Shown here: piece after piece, positions 40,553-50,411 of the stretch
Layout: each line of letters starts with the position of its first letter
How positions within the stretch are numbered: position 1 is the first letter of the stretch
Source: an uncultured Candidatus Saccharibacteria bacterium
Lineage (GTDB): Bacteria; Patescibacteriota; Saccharimonadia; Saccharimonadales; JAGQNJ01
DNA: 64,000 bases
Direction of reading: 5' to 3'
Assembly (NCBI GenBank): GCA_964603625.1
Contig: CAZRVM010000001.1
Location: 1,949-65,948, forward strand
Translations under genes and position numbers: made by a program
The notes under the pieces: model-generated
The model's database searches: none
Told to the model about the DNA's origin: nothing
Seen by the model: the letters and a program-made list of their open reading frames with translations, nothing else

Positions 40553-40683
40553 ACTCCGTGTCATGGTGAGATTTTGCACCTACTCTAGAACTCATTTTTA
40601 AGAAATTTGTAAATAACAAGCAAAATAATGTCGAAGGAGCCCAGCTTTTATTCATGCACACGGAATACTCCGAATATTAGGTT
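40553..40683 (-). ncRNA. Candidate structured non-coding RNA (long interrupted hairpin, 6S-like topology)
   Basis: Closing stem TCCGTGT-G-CATG / CATG-ACACGGA, central bubble, inner stem CTGGG-CTC / GAG-T-TCTAG, upstream TAAAAT, downstream T tract; family unverified. Confidence 0.3.
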
Positions 40684-40726
40684 AGAAGATTTTAGACTTC
40701 TATTGATTATGTAAAATAGACTCTTA

Positions 40727-41557
40727 TCAGGATTGACTTGGCGTATTCGGAGGCATTTGTGTTGGAGTAACATGTTGCTGTGTATTGTCACCGCCAACAG
40801 CACTTTCAATAGTAGATACTGCACCTCCATTACCATTGAAAAAGGTTTTCTTGAACTCTTGCTGAATTTGCGAAATTTGCGATCCAATATTACCGCTGTT
40901 GGGCAACGTCTTTGCTAAATTACGGCCATGTCTCAATAGTTTCCAGCCAAAGATAATGCTTAGCAATCTAATCGTAAAAGTCACAAGAGATACAAGTAAA
41001 ATAAAAAGTCCTATAAATGGTAAGAATTTCTTAATAGTATTTATTGTATTAACCGTTCCGGCAGTGTCATAATCAGAAGGGTTGTTGGGGTTATATTTTA
41101 TAGCTACGTTTGAACCAACAGTAGCGTTACAGTTATCACTAGACGCGCTTTTAGTTGGTTGTGAATATTCTTTTTCACCCACCGTATACTGAACATTTAA
41201 GCTACAGGATGTACTTGTTGACTTATTGCCATTGTTATCTGTGCTTATGTGAGTTTGGGGTGCGCCAATGGATGTAACATGCCCTGTAGTATCAGCAGTC
41301 AAGTCTTTTGTGCCAAAAAGGTTAAAAAACGAGCCACCAAACAATAAAATTATTGTACCAAGTATTACACCAATTAATGCTCCAAAAATACCAGAACGCT
41401 TTTTACCACCAAAAGGGTTATCTATTCCTACTATTCCATCCAATATTAACAAACCACCAACAGCCTGTTCCGCAGCAGCTAGTAATGTTGGGTCTTTTTG
41501 TTCATAGTTACCTAAAAAACTGGATGCTTTATTTTTGATCTCATTTAATTTAAACAT
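40727..41557 (-). CDS. Membrane protein with DUF3592-like extracytoplasmic beta domain
   Basis: TM helices flanking TTGHV...VQYTVG.KEY...VG.NV.IKYNPNNP pattern. Confidence 0.65.
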   Translation of the reverse strand: MFKLNEIKNKASSFLGNYEQKDPTLLAAAEQAVGGLLILDGIVGIDNPFGGKKRSGIFGALIGVILGTIILLFGGSFFNLFGTKDLTADTTGHVTSIGAPQTHISTDNNGNKSTSTSCSLNVQYTVGEKEYSQPTKSASSDNCNATVGSNVAIKYNPNNPSDYDTAGTVNTINTIKKFLPFIGLFILLVSLVTFTIRLLSIIFGWKLLRHGRNLAKTLPNSGNIGSQISQIQQEFKKTFFNGNGGAVSTIESAVGGDNTQQHVTPTQMPPNTPSQS

Positions 41558-41772
41558 AAACTATTTTTAAGTTTACAACCATTTTAATAATTTTGGAATC
41601 ATTAATTCAATTCATCACATTAGTTATGCAACTTCCCTAGAAGTCTATGAAAAAAACAAAATCTTAAGGAGAAGATCGGCAGGTAAGATTGTACACAACA
41701 TCAAAATACAAGAATAATTAGAAAGCTTGCTCTATTATTATAAAATTCACTAAGAAAACATGAAATCTAATC

Positions 41773-41856
41773 TGGTGGGCGAGAAAGGACTTGAACCTTC
41801 ACGTCTTGCGACACTAGTTCCTAAGACTAGCGTGTCTACCATTCCACCACTCGCCC
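41773..41856 (-). tRNA. tRNA-Leu(TAG)
   Basis: GGGCGAG..CTCGCCC-ACCA, anticodon arm CTAGT-CT-TAG-GA-ACTAG, long variable arm. Confidence 0.96.
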
Positions 41857-41887
41857 ATACTTTAAACTTAAAAGTGCTTTAAATATT

Positions 41888-42421
41888 TTAACCTAACCGT
41901 CTAAAAAAAACTAGGCAAGAATCACCGTAGCTTTTAATTTCTATCATCTGACAATTTTCTATTTCTATTTTTGAATATTCTGGCGCTAAAGATAAAACTA
42001 AGATCCCGCCCATTCTTAAAACTAAACTTAATTTATTTAGATGTTTTAGATTTATTTTTTCATAAGGCGGATCGGCTATAATAATATCGAACTGCTGATT
42101 TAGATTATTGTCTATCCATGTACTAATGTTTGCTTGCGTTGCTTTTACTGGAACATCTAAAGAACTTATGTTATTCCTTATAGTCTCAATAGCTTTTTTG
42201 TCTGTTTCTATCGCGATTACAGATTTTGCCTTACGACTTATTGCTTCTAATGCGATAGCCCCACTCCCACTATAAGCATCTAGCACATCCAGCCCCTCAA
42301 TATTACCCAAAATATTAAAAATTGCACCTCTCATTTTTTCACTCATTGGATGAGTTTTATTACCGGGAGGAGAATTAATTAACCGCCCTCCAAGCGACCC
42401 AGAAATTACCCTTAATTTCAT
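41888..42421 (-). CDS. rsmD: 16S rRNA m2G966 methyltransferase
   Basis: LRVISG..GGR, LDAYSGSGAIALEAISR, FDIIIADPPY. Confidence 0.92.
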   Translation of the reverse strand: MKLRVISGSLGGRLINSPPGNKTHPMSEKMRGAIFNILGNIEGLDVLDAYSGSGAIALEAISRKAKSVIAIETDKKAIETIRNNISSLDVPVKATQANISTWIDNNLNQQFDIIIADPPYEKINLKHLNKLSLVLRMGGILVLSLAPEYSKIEIENCQMIEIKSYGDSCLVFFRRLG

Positions 42422-43245
42422 TTTAATTCTGAGTAGTTAATCTTGCCAGCTTCTACCAAAGATAAATACCAAATCAACATTACGGTTTTTGTTATAGCTG
42501 GCGCCAATTTATTCCTAACATCAATAATTAGTTTAGTAGACCATCCTCGTTTTCTAAACCTTTCATACATATCTAAGATTGCAATTTCTTTAGCGGTTCT
42601 TTTAAATAATTCAATCGGCCCAATCTCTAGAGCTGTTTCTATTTCTTTTCTAGATGGGTAAGCATTTGCAATACTCAAGGGAGCAATTATTGAAGCGATG
42701 CCAACCTCAAACAAACCATGTGTTGTCAACAGACCTTTTGGACCCCACACTTTCCAATTTTTCTTAATTTGATCTCGCCGATTTTCACCACCAATTATTA
42801 TCTTTTTTTTAACCGTATCTCTCGTTTCAATACCTTCGCCTCGGAGTTCACTAAGCTTTTGCTCATAAGGGTAATGGTGAGCTGGCGTTAAACCATCTAC
42901 AATTGCGTGAGCCAACCAGGCACTTTCAAAAGAAATTCGTTCTCGATTATTCTTTTTAAGTTCTTTTACAAGTTGCTGATAGTGATCATTTATAAGTTCC
43001 AAAAGTTGCGAGTCATCTTCATCAAAAGGGCTATAATAATGCCAAGGTTCGTCTTTAGCGGGGCTTTTTCTTTTTATTGCATCCGGGCCATTTTTGCCTT
43101 CGAAATGTAAAATTTTTCGGGACGAAGGAAAAACTTTGTTATCTGGTAGTAACTTAGCTAGCTGTTTTCGTGCAACTCTATCAAACTTTTGATGCGCTCC
43201 TAATAATCTCCCCGACAGAGGAGTTAAAGTTGTTCCAGAATACAT
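42418..43245 (-). CDS. Hypothetical protein with phospholipase C / S1-P1 nuclease-like metal-ligand pattern
   Basis: GAH...GPD...PWHY...AHAIVDGLTPAH...THGLFE. Confidence 0.55.
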   Translation of the reverse strand: MYSGTTLTPLSGRLLGAHQKFDRVARKQLAKLLPDNKVFPSSRKILHFEGKNGPDAIKRKSPAKDEPWHYYSPFDEDDSQLLELINDHYQQLVKELKKNNRERISFESAWLAHAIVDGLTPAHHYPYEQKLSELRGEGIETRDTVKKKIIIGGENRRDQIKKNWKVWGPKGLLTTHGLFEVGIASIIAPLSIANAYPSRKEIETALEIGPIELFKRTAKEIAILDMYERFRKRGWSTKLIIDVRNKLAPAITKTVMLIWYLSLVEAGKINYSELK

Positions 43246-43310
43246 CTATTTTATGCCCCAGTTATTACTATTTACTCTAAAATCTTTTATATTAATAATT
43301 TTACTCATAT

Positions 43311-45350
43311 TTAGTTTAAATGCACCACAGATTGTAGCTCTGCTATTCTTTGCTTTATACTTGGGTATTGTAACAAATTATTAGGGTTTTTCAAAAACTC
43401 TAATGCAGACATTCTGGCTCTTGTAATTAATTTTATATCTGTAAAGTCGGCAATTTTTAAATCGTGAATCCCGTGTTGAGAAGTACCATAAAGTGACCCG
43501 GCGCCTCGTAGCTTTAAATCTAGTTCTGCAAGCTTAAAACCGTCGTTAGTAGATTCTAAGGCTCTTAGTCTGGAATTAACATTATTGCCGTCGCTAGACA
43601 TTAAGAAGCAATATCCTTGAGCAGAGCCACGACCAATTCTACCTCTCAGTTGGTGAAGCTGTGCTAAACCGAATCTTTCTGGTGATTCAATTAACATTAC
43701 AGTTGCATTGGGTACATCTACGCCAACTTCAATCATAGTGGTGGCAACTAAGATATCGATTTTACCGATGATAAAGTCTTGCATAATAGCTTGATTTTCT
43801 AAATCATTCTGTTTTCCATGCAGTAATTTAACCTTAAAATCTTTAAAATTTTTAGAAATTTCATTAAAAGTTTGTTTGGCAGATTTAAGTTTCAAAAATT
43901 CAGAATCATTTATTATTGGACAAACTACAAATGCTTGAAAGCCAGTTTTTAATTGATTCTCTACAAAATCATAAATTTTAAGTCTTCCGCTAGGTTGTAC
44001 TATTTTTGTTTCTATTGGAGTTTGGTGTTTGGGTTTTTCGCTTAACAAACTAATGTCTAATTCTCCAAAAACTGTCAACGCTAAACTTCTAGGTATGGGA
44101 GTGGCTGTTAAACTTAACATATGTGGCATATTATTAGTTGTTTTTAATAATTTTTGCCTTTGAGCTACACCAAACCGATGTTGTTCATCTACAATAATTA
44201 AAGCCAAATTAGTAAAATTTATATGTTCTTGAATAAGCGAATGAGTGCCGATTATAAGCATTGGCTTAGACTCCGACATAATTGCTTGGACTTGCTTTTT
44301 CTGGGAATGCTTCATACTACCAACTAATAAATGAACAGCGTCCACAAAGCCATTTTTAGTAAGAATTTTATTAATAGACTCTGCATGCTGACGAGCCAAT
44401 ATTTCTGTTGGCACCATTAAAGCTACTTGAAATGAATTTTTAAGCACCATTAAAGCCGACATTACGGCTACCATAGTTTTTCCACTACCTACATCACCTT
44501 CTAATAGTCTATTCATAATTTTGCCAGATTCTAGATCCTGGTAAATTTGCCATACAGCCTGCTTTTGTGAACTTGTTAAGCTAAAATCCAAATTTTTAAC
44601 AAACTTCTTAGCTATTTTTTGATCGAAATTAATTTTAATACCACTGTTTTGATTTAGCTCAGATTTAGCATGTTGCGATGCCAAGATTAATTCGAATAAT
44701 TCTTCAAACCCAAGCCTCTCGTTGGCTTTATTTAAGTCTTCGTTTGAGGCTGGAAAATGTTTAATTTTAATAGCTTGACTACGACTAATCAAATTCTGCG
44801 ACTCTATAATTTCTGTTGGTAAGCTTTCATTTATTTTTGCTAAATTGCCCAATGCTACTTTAATAATTTTTCTGATTTGTCTAGACTTCAATCCTTTGGT
44901 TTCAGGGTAAATCGGTATAATTCTAGCAGTATTAATTGGCAGGTCACTCTCTAATTCGATACTTGGATTACTTAAGTACAATCTTCCGTTTTTGAATTCA
45001 TAATTTCCAGAAATCAAATAGTTTTCAAACTGTTTAATGGAATTTTTACGATAAGGTTGATTAAACCAAACCAGCTTTACAGAACCCGAATCATCACTCG
45101 CAATAGCTTCTGTTATATGTAAACCACCTCTTACATACCTACCACTCATCTGTCGAATTTTTGCCTTTACCGTCACTAGTCCTGGTTTAATTTGATCGAT
45201 TGTTACAATTTTAGAATAATCTTCGTACTTTCTTGGGTAAAATTCTAATACATCTCCAACAGTGAACAATCCTAGCTTATGTAATAAATTATTAGTAGCA
45301 CTACCAATCCCATTTAAATTACTTAAGGGATCGTTCCATGAAACAGTCAT
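43311..45350 (-). CDS. recG: ATP-dependent DNA helicase RecG
   Basis: Wedge domain WFNQPY, GDVGSGKT, DEQHRFGV, TATPIPRSL, QLHQLRGRIGRG, DLKLRGAG. Confidence 0.96.
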   Translation of the reverse strand: MTVSWNDPLSNLNGIGSATNNLLHKLGLFTVGDVLEFYPRKYEDYSKIVTIDQIKPGLVTVKAKIRQMSGRYVRGGLHITEAIASDDSGSVKLVWFNQPYRKNSIKQFENYLISGNYEFKNGRLYLSNPSIELESDLPINTARIIPIYPETKGLKSRQIRKIIKVALGNLAKINESLPTEIIESQNLISRSQAIKIKHFPASNEDLNKANERLGFEELFELILASQHAKSELNQNSGIKINFDQKIAKKFVKNLDFSLTSSQKQAVWQIYQDLESGKIMNRLLEGDVGSGKTMVAVMSALMVLKNSFQVALMVPTEILARQHAESINKILTKNGFVDAVHLLVGSMKHSQKKQVQAIMSESKPMLIIGTHSLIQEHINFTNLALIIVDEQHRFGVAQRQKLLKTTNNMPHMLSLTATPIPRSLALTVFGELDISLLSEKPKHQTPIETKIVQPSGRLKIYDFVENQLKTGFQAFVVCPIINDSEFLKLKSAKQTFNEISKNFKDFKVKLLHGKQNDLENQAIMQDFIIGKIDILVATTMIEVGVDVPNATVMLIESPERFGLAQLHQLRGRIGRGSAQGYCFLMSSDGNNVNSRLRALESTNDGFKLAELDLKLRGAGSLYGTSQHGIHDLKIADFTDIKLITRARMSALEFLKNPNNLLQYPSIKQRIAELQSVVHLN

Positions 45351-45361
45351 CTTTAATCAAG

Positions 45362-46189
45362 CTAAGAAGCTTTTTTAACAAGAAAAAATACACTCGGCCC
45401 AAAATATGTTTTTGCGAGTGCCGATTGTAAAAAAGTTTCTAAAGACAGCATAACACTCTGGGGTACATATTTTTTTAGAGTTACAGACCTCAAGTTTGAA
45501 ACTGATAAAACTTTATCTACTTTCAAACCTGCATGGGCCAATTGTTTAATCACCGTTTTAGGATTATGATTTACAAAAGCCACTTCTTCTTTTCGGCGAT
45601 TTTTAGGGCTCCGTATATCAACAGGCTCAACCGGTAACTTTTTAAACTTAAAAGCGTGCTTTAGCCTATTTCGGCCATGAGCATAATTAGCCATCTCAAG
45701 TATTAGAATTCCATCATCAGATAAAACTCTAGCAATTTCTGCAAATTCGGCAGATGGATCTGGTAAATGGTGCATCACCCTAACCATCGTCACTAAATCT
45801 AAACTAGCTGTTTTAAATTTGAGGTCATCAGCCTGTGTTTTAACTCGTTTTACTTCTGGATAATCTTTTAAAAATTCTTTAGCAATATTAAGTTGTTGCT
45901 GACTAGGCTCAGCTAATGCAACATTTTGAGCATATTGCAATAATAAAATACATAACCTACCGTAACCTCCACCAATATCTGCGGCATTTTTGAAATGCTT
46001 GCCACTGAGTAAGCGTTTTATAGCAATTTCTTCTGATGCGTGTTCATAATCACGACCATTCCAATATTCTAAATAATTATAATTATCATTATCGTATTGA
46101 TCGGCAGTTTTTAAGTTTGATTTTGAGATCTTCTGATTGTTACTTTGTTTAGAAAGTTTGGAACCTGATTTTGCACTTTTTTTTGTCAT
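45362..46189 (-). CDS. Class I SAM-dependent methyltransferase
   Basis: ADIGGGYGR motif I, SLDLVTMVRVMHHLPDP, EIARVL..DG. Confidence 0.88.
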   Translation of the reverse strand: MTKKSAKSGSKLSKQSNNQKISKSNLKTADQYDNDNYNYLEYWNGRDYEHASEEIAIKRLLSGKHFKNAADIGGGYGRLCILLLQYAQNVALAEPSQQQLNIAKEFLKDYPEVKRVKTQADDLKFKTASLDLVTMVRVMHHLPDPSAEFAEIARVLSDDGILILEMANYAHGRNRLKHAFKFKKLPVEPVDIRSPKNRRKEEVAFVNHNPKTVIKQLAHAGLKVDKVLSVSNLRSVTLKKYVPQSVMLSLETFLQSALAKTYFGPSVFFLVKKAS

Positions 46190-46206
46190 AATTATTATTA
46201 TAACAG

Positions 46207-47457
46207 TTAACCATTGTTAAATTGAATTATTGCGTTGTGGTTCTTACCAATTCTAACAATAATATGGATATCATCTATTGTGTCTGCTTTTTGCCAAATT
46301 CTATCTGAAGTTAATTTTTGACCGTTAAGATAAACTGCTCCCTGCATTATTTTACGACGCGCTTCCGACTTTGACTCTATCAATTTAGATCCTACTAGAG
46401 TATCAATAATTGAGTGGTTTAAATCTGTAGTGACAAGTGGAAGATCATTTTTTAAAAGATCAAAATCTAGTTTATTTAATTTTTGAAAATTTTGATTACC
46501 AAATAATATTTCACTTGATTTTTGAACAGATTCAGCCGAAGTAATACCATGCACAATTTTGGTCACTTCAAACGCTAATGTTTTTTGGGCAATTCTCTCA
46601 GATTTATTGGAATTAAATTGTTGCATCACAGACTCAACTTGATGTTTATCTAATTCTGTAAATATCTTTAAATAATATTCAACACTTTCATCCGGAATAT
46701 TCAGCCAGAACTGATAAAATTTGAACACCGATGTTAAGTTAGAGTCCAACCAAATTGCACCTTCTTCACTCTTTCCAAATTTTTTACCAGTTGCTTTATT
46801 TATAATCAGCGGACAAGTTAAAACATTTACAGTTTTAGATTCTACCCTTCTTATTAAGTCAATGCCAGATAATGAGTTACCCCATTGATCACTACCTGCA
46901 ATTTGTAAAACTACTCCATACTTTCTAAAAAGATACAAAAAATCATAACCCTGTAATAAAGTATAGCTAAATTCGGCATAAGTAATGCCCTTGCCATCCT
47001 CTCCTAACCTTTTAGCAACATAATCACGCTGAACAAGTGGCGTCATACTAAAATGTTTGCCAACATCACGTAAGAAATTCAAGACATTCATATTCTGGTA
47101 CCAATCTAAGTTGTTCACAAAAGTTGCCTGAGAACCAATGAGTAATTCAATCTGCTTGCTAACAGAAGCGACATTCTGATTTATTTGTTCTATTGCTTGA
47201 AGTTGTCTTTCGCTTTCCTTTCCGCCAGGGTCTCCAATTAAACTTGTTGCTCCACCAGATAAAATTACAGGTTTCCAGCCATGCTTTATAAAAATTTTGT
47301 CAAGCATAATAGCGGCTAAATTTCCAATTGTTAAAGAGTTGGCAGAAGCATCATAACCATGATAAAAACTCAGCTTATTCTCATCTAAATAAGCTAGATT
47401 CTCTATAGTGGTTTGATTTATAAAGCCCCGCCATTTTAATTCTTCCGACAATTTCAT
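46207..47457 (-). CDS. tyrS: Tyrosine--tRNA ligase
   Basis: GGATSLIGDPGG, EFSYTLLQGYDF, QIAGSDQWGN, KFGKS, C-terminal S4 domain. Confidence 0.96.
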   Translation of the reverse strand: MKLSEELKWRGFINQTTIENLAYLDENKLSFYHGYDASANSLTIGNLAAIMLDKIFIKHGWKPVILSGGATSLIGDPGGKESERQLQAIEQINQNVASVSKQIELLIGSQATFVNNLDWYQNMNVLNFLRDVGKHFSMTPLVQRDYVAKRLGEDGKGITYAEFSYTLLQGYDFLYLFRKYGVVLQIAGSDQWGNSLSGIDLIRRVESKTVNVLTCPLIINKATGKKFGKSEEGAIWLDSNLTSVFKFYQFWLNIPDESVEYYLKIFTELDKHQVESVMQQFNSNKSERIAQKTLAFEVTKIVHGITSAESVQKSSEILFGNQNFQKLNKLDFDLLKNDLPLVTTDLNHSIIDTLVGSKLIESKSEARRKIMQGAVYLNGQKLTSDRIWQKADTIDDIHIIVRIGKNHNAIIQFNNG

Positions 47458-47588
47458 TGCTCTTTATTATGCTGAATAAGTTAACAAACGGCAAGTTATT
47501 TTTGATGTTGCAGGCATAAAAACTTTCACTTTAATTTTAAAATTTTGTTATAATAGATATCATAGATATGGAGATTATTAAAAAATAA

Positions 47589-50396
47589 ATGAATACTTCT
47601 AAGCGTAATGGGCGCGTTCATAAAAATATTTTTACCACTAAATCTGGTAAAAATATCAAGATAAATCGTAGTTTATCAGCACGCATAAAAGCCAACAAGG
47701 AAAATCAATCTATGAAAAAAGCTCAAAGGTTGAGTGCAATGCCCAAATCTCGATTTAAACGCTTTTTCTATAGGCTCCACCCAAAACGATTAGCAGCTTA
47801 TTGGTTTAGTCGAGAAGGCGGAATTATGGCACTTAAGCTAATGGGTGCCGGTTTTATTGGTGGATTTGTACTATTAGCTGGACTGTTTGCTTACTTTAGA
47901 AAAGACTTGCCAAATTTACGAGATATTTCAGGCAACAACATTGGTGGAAGTATAAGATATTATGATAAAACTGGCCAAGTTTTATTGTTCGAAGATTACG
48001 ATGCAGTTAAAAGAGTGCCAGTTGGAGAAAACGGCATTAGTCAAGTCATGAAAGATGCCACAGTTGCCATTGAAGATAAAGATTTCTATAAACACGGTGG
48101 TTTTGATGTTCGCGGGATAATGCGTGCAGGTATAAATAATGTTTTTGGCTTATCTGACGGTCAGCAAGGCGGTTCTACGATTACCCAACAACTCGTAAAA
48201 CTTTCTCAAGATTGGACAAAAGACCAAACCTATACTCGTAAAGTTAAAGAGCTGATTATGTCTGTTGAACTAGAACGAGAATATTCTAAACCACAAATTC
48301 TAGCAGGTTATTTAGATACAGCGCCTTATGGAGGAATTGAATATGGCGTAGAAGCAGCCGCACGAGATTATTTTAATAAATCCGCTAAAGATCTAACCTT
48401 AGATGAGGCAGCTATGTTTGCTTCAATCCCTAAATCACCAACTTATTATTCTCCTTATAGTGGTAGTTTTAACAAAGAAGCATTTATTGGAAGGCAACAT
48501 TATGTACTAGACCAAATGGCAGATCAAGGAATGATTACTACTCAGCAACGTGATGAAGCTAAAAAAATTGATACATTGGCTAAAGTTCAACCTCGTAAAC
48601 CAAAATATGATGGTATTAAATCGCCTTGGTTTGTACTTGCCGCTAAAGAGCAATTAGAAGAAACTAGAGGACAAGATGTGATGAGAAGTGGCTGGAAAGT
48701 AACTACCACTCTAGATATGGACCTTCAAGCAAAAGCTGAATCTGCCGTTAGTAAAGGCATGGCCCAAGTTCGTCGACAAGGTGGTGATGTTGCAGCTTTT
48801 GTTGCTGAAGATGTAAAAACTGGTCAAGTGGTTGCTTTGGTAGGTGGTACAGATTTTAGTAATCCTGAGTATGGCCAAAATAATTATGCCCGTTTAAGAT
48901 TACCTCCTGGTTCTAGTTTTAAGCCTTACGATTACACAGCTTTAATAGAAAATACAGAAAATTCTGGTGCCGGTTCGGTACTTTATGATAGTCAAGGTCC
49001 ATTAGAGGGCTACCCTTGCACCAAAAAACAACCACCAAAAAGTGGCGGAAATTGTTTATGGGACTATGATTTAAAATATCCAGGCCCAACCACACTGCGT
49101 TATGCACTTGCAGGTTCTCGAAATGTTCCAGCCGTTAAAGCAATGTTAATTGCTGGCGTAGACAAAACAATCCAAACCGCTGAAAAACTTGGTGTAAAAA
49201 GTGGTTATAAATGCTATGAAGACGATAACTTAACCAAAGAATCACAATGTTATGCTTCTTCGGCTATTGGCGATGGAGCCTATTTAAAACTTGACGAACA
49301 TGTTCACGGCTACAGTTCATTATCAAGAAATGGACTTAATATACCTCAAACTTATATACTAAAAATTGAAGATGCCAATAATAAAGTTGTCAGTGAGTGG
49401 AAGCCAAGTAAGGGCGAACAAGTTGTAAGGCCAGAATCTGCATATATTGTTTCTGATATCTTATCCGATCCTAATGCCAGCTATCTTTCTAGAAAAATTC
49501 AAAACTATAAGGGTCACAAATTTTCTGTTAAAACTGGAACAACTAACGACTCTAAAGATGGTTGGATGATGGGCTTTTCAACACAGTATGCAGCAGGTGT
49601 TTGGGTAGGTTATCATTCTCGACAAAAACAACTGACTGGCTTTATGGAAACTATGACATCACCAATATGGACCAATTGGATGGATTCAGTTCATGATAAT
49701 CTTAAACCAGAAGAAAGAGCTAAGCCTGCAGGTATAATTACAGCCGATGCTTTTGTGCAACGAACTAGCCCTGGTGCAGGCGCAAGAGTTCCCGGACCTA
49801 GTAAAGATATCTTCCCAGCGTGGTACAAAAATACACGCCGAGCCGAAAATGTAAAACGCATTATGGATCAAGTATCTGAAAAGTTAGCAACAGACTGTAC
49901 TCCAGCTAGAGCTAAACAAGAAACATCTGATGCCGGTGCCGAAGCTTTCTCGAGCGATAAATTCTATGGCGCAAATAACGCCAACGGAAGCACTGAAGAT
50001 AAAGACGACATCCATAAATGCGAAGATATCAAACCAAGTATTACGCTAAGTGTCCAAGCTACCGGTGATAGCTATTCTCTGATTGCAACAGTAGTACAGG
50101 GTACCCATCCATTATCTTCAGATAAATTTAAAGGTAATGTAACTTTAACTGCCGATGGGCAACCGTTAGCTGGCGGAAGCTACCAAATTGATAGTTCCGG
50201 CTCGGTTATTTACCAAAATTACAAACCAACTGCAACTGTAACAATTACCGCCACCGTAACAGATAGCGTACTTTATGATGCAACAGATAGTAAAACTATA
50301 ACTTTTAACACAACGCCTCCATCACAAGGTAATGGCAATAATTCTAACAACCCCTTTGGCAACAGGAACAACCCTGGAAACCGAAACGACGATTAA
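47589..50396 (+). CDS. Class A penicillin-binding protein (transglycosylase/transpeptidase, PBP1A family)
   Basis: TM anchor; EDKDFYKHGG, QGGSTITQQLVK, RKVKE; PGSSFKP (SxxK), SRN, KTGT. Confidence 0.95.
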   Translation: MNTSKRNGRVHKNIFTTKSGKNIKINRSLSARIKANKENQSMKKAQRLSAMPKSRFKRFFYRLHPKRLAAYWFSREGGIMALKLMGAGFIGGFVLLAGLFAYFRKDLPNLRDISGNNIGGSIRYYDKTGQVLLFEDYDAVKRVPVGENGISQVMKDATVAIEDKDFYKHGGFDVRGIMRAGINNVFGLSDGQQGGSTITQQLVKLSQDWTKDQTYTRKVKELIMSVELEREYSKPQILAGYLDTAPYGGIEYGVEAAARDYFNKSAKDLTLDEAAMFASIPKSPTYYSPYSGSFNKEAFIGRQHYVLDQMADQGMITTQQRDEAKKIDTLAKVQPRKPKYDGIKSPWFVLAAKEQLEETRGQDVMRSGWKVTTTLDMDLQAKAESAVSKGMAQVRRQGGDVAAFVAEDVKTGQVVALVGGTDFSNPEYGQNNYARLRLPPGSSFKPYDYTALIENTENSGAGSVLYDSQGPLEGYPCTKKQPPKSGGNCLWDYDLKYPGPTTLRYALAGSRNVPAVKAMLIAGVDKTIQTAEKLGVKSGYKCYEDDNLTKESQCYASSAIGDGAYLKLDEHVHGYSSLSRNGLNIPQTYILKIEDANNKVVSEWKPSKGEQVVRPESAYIVSDILSDPNASYLSRKIQNYKGHKFSVKTGTTNDSKDGWMMGFSTQYAAGVWVGYHSRQKQLTGFMETMTSPIWTNWMDSVHDNLKPEERAKPAGIITADAFVQRTSPGAGARVPGPSKDIFPAWYKNTRRAENVKRIMDQVSEKLATDCTPARAKQETSDAGAEAFSSDKFYGANNANGSTEDKDDIHKCEDIKPSITLSVQATGDSYSLIATVVQGTHPLSSDKFKGNVTLTADGQPLAGGSYQIDSSGSVIYQNYKPTATVTITATVTDSVLYDATDSKTITFNTTPPSQGNGNNSNNPFGNRNNPGNRNDD

Positions 50397-50411
50397 CATT
50401 AGCCAAAAAAC

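Noticed and set aside
39600-41772. Integrative island at the tRNA-Leu 3' end
   Set aside because: The genes look accessory, but there is no integrase and only a weak partial match (near 40523-40535) to the tRNA 3' end, insufficient for an att site.
50326-50393. Asn/Gly-rich low-complexity stretch at the PBP1A C-terminus
   Set aside because: Ordinary disordered tail of class A PBPs, not a DNA repeat element.
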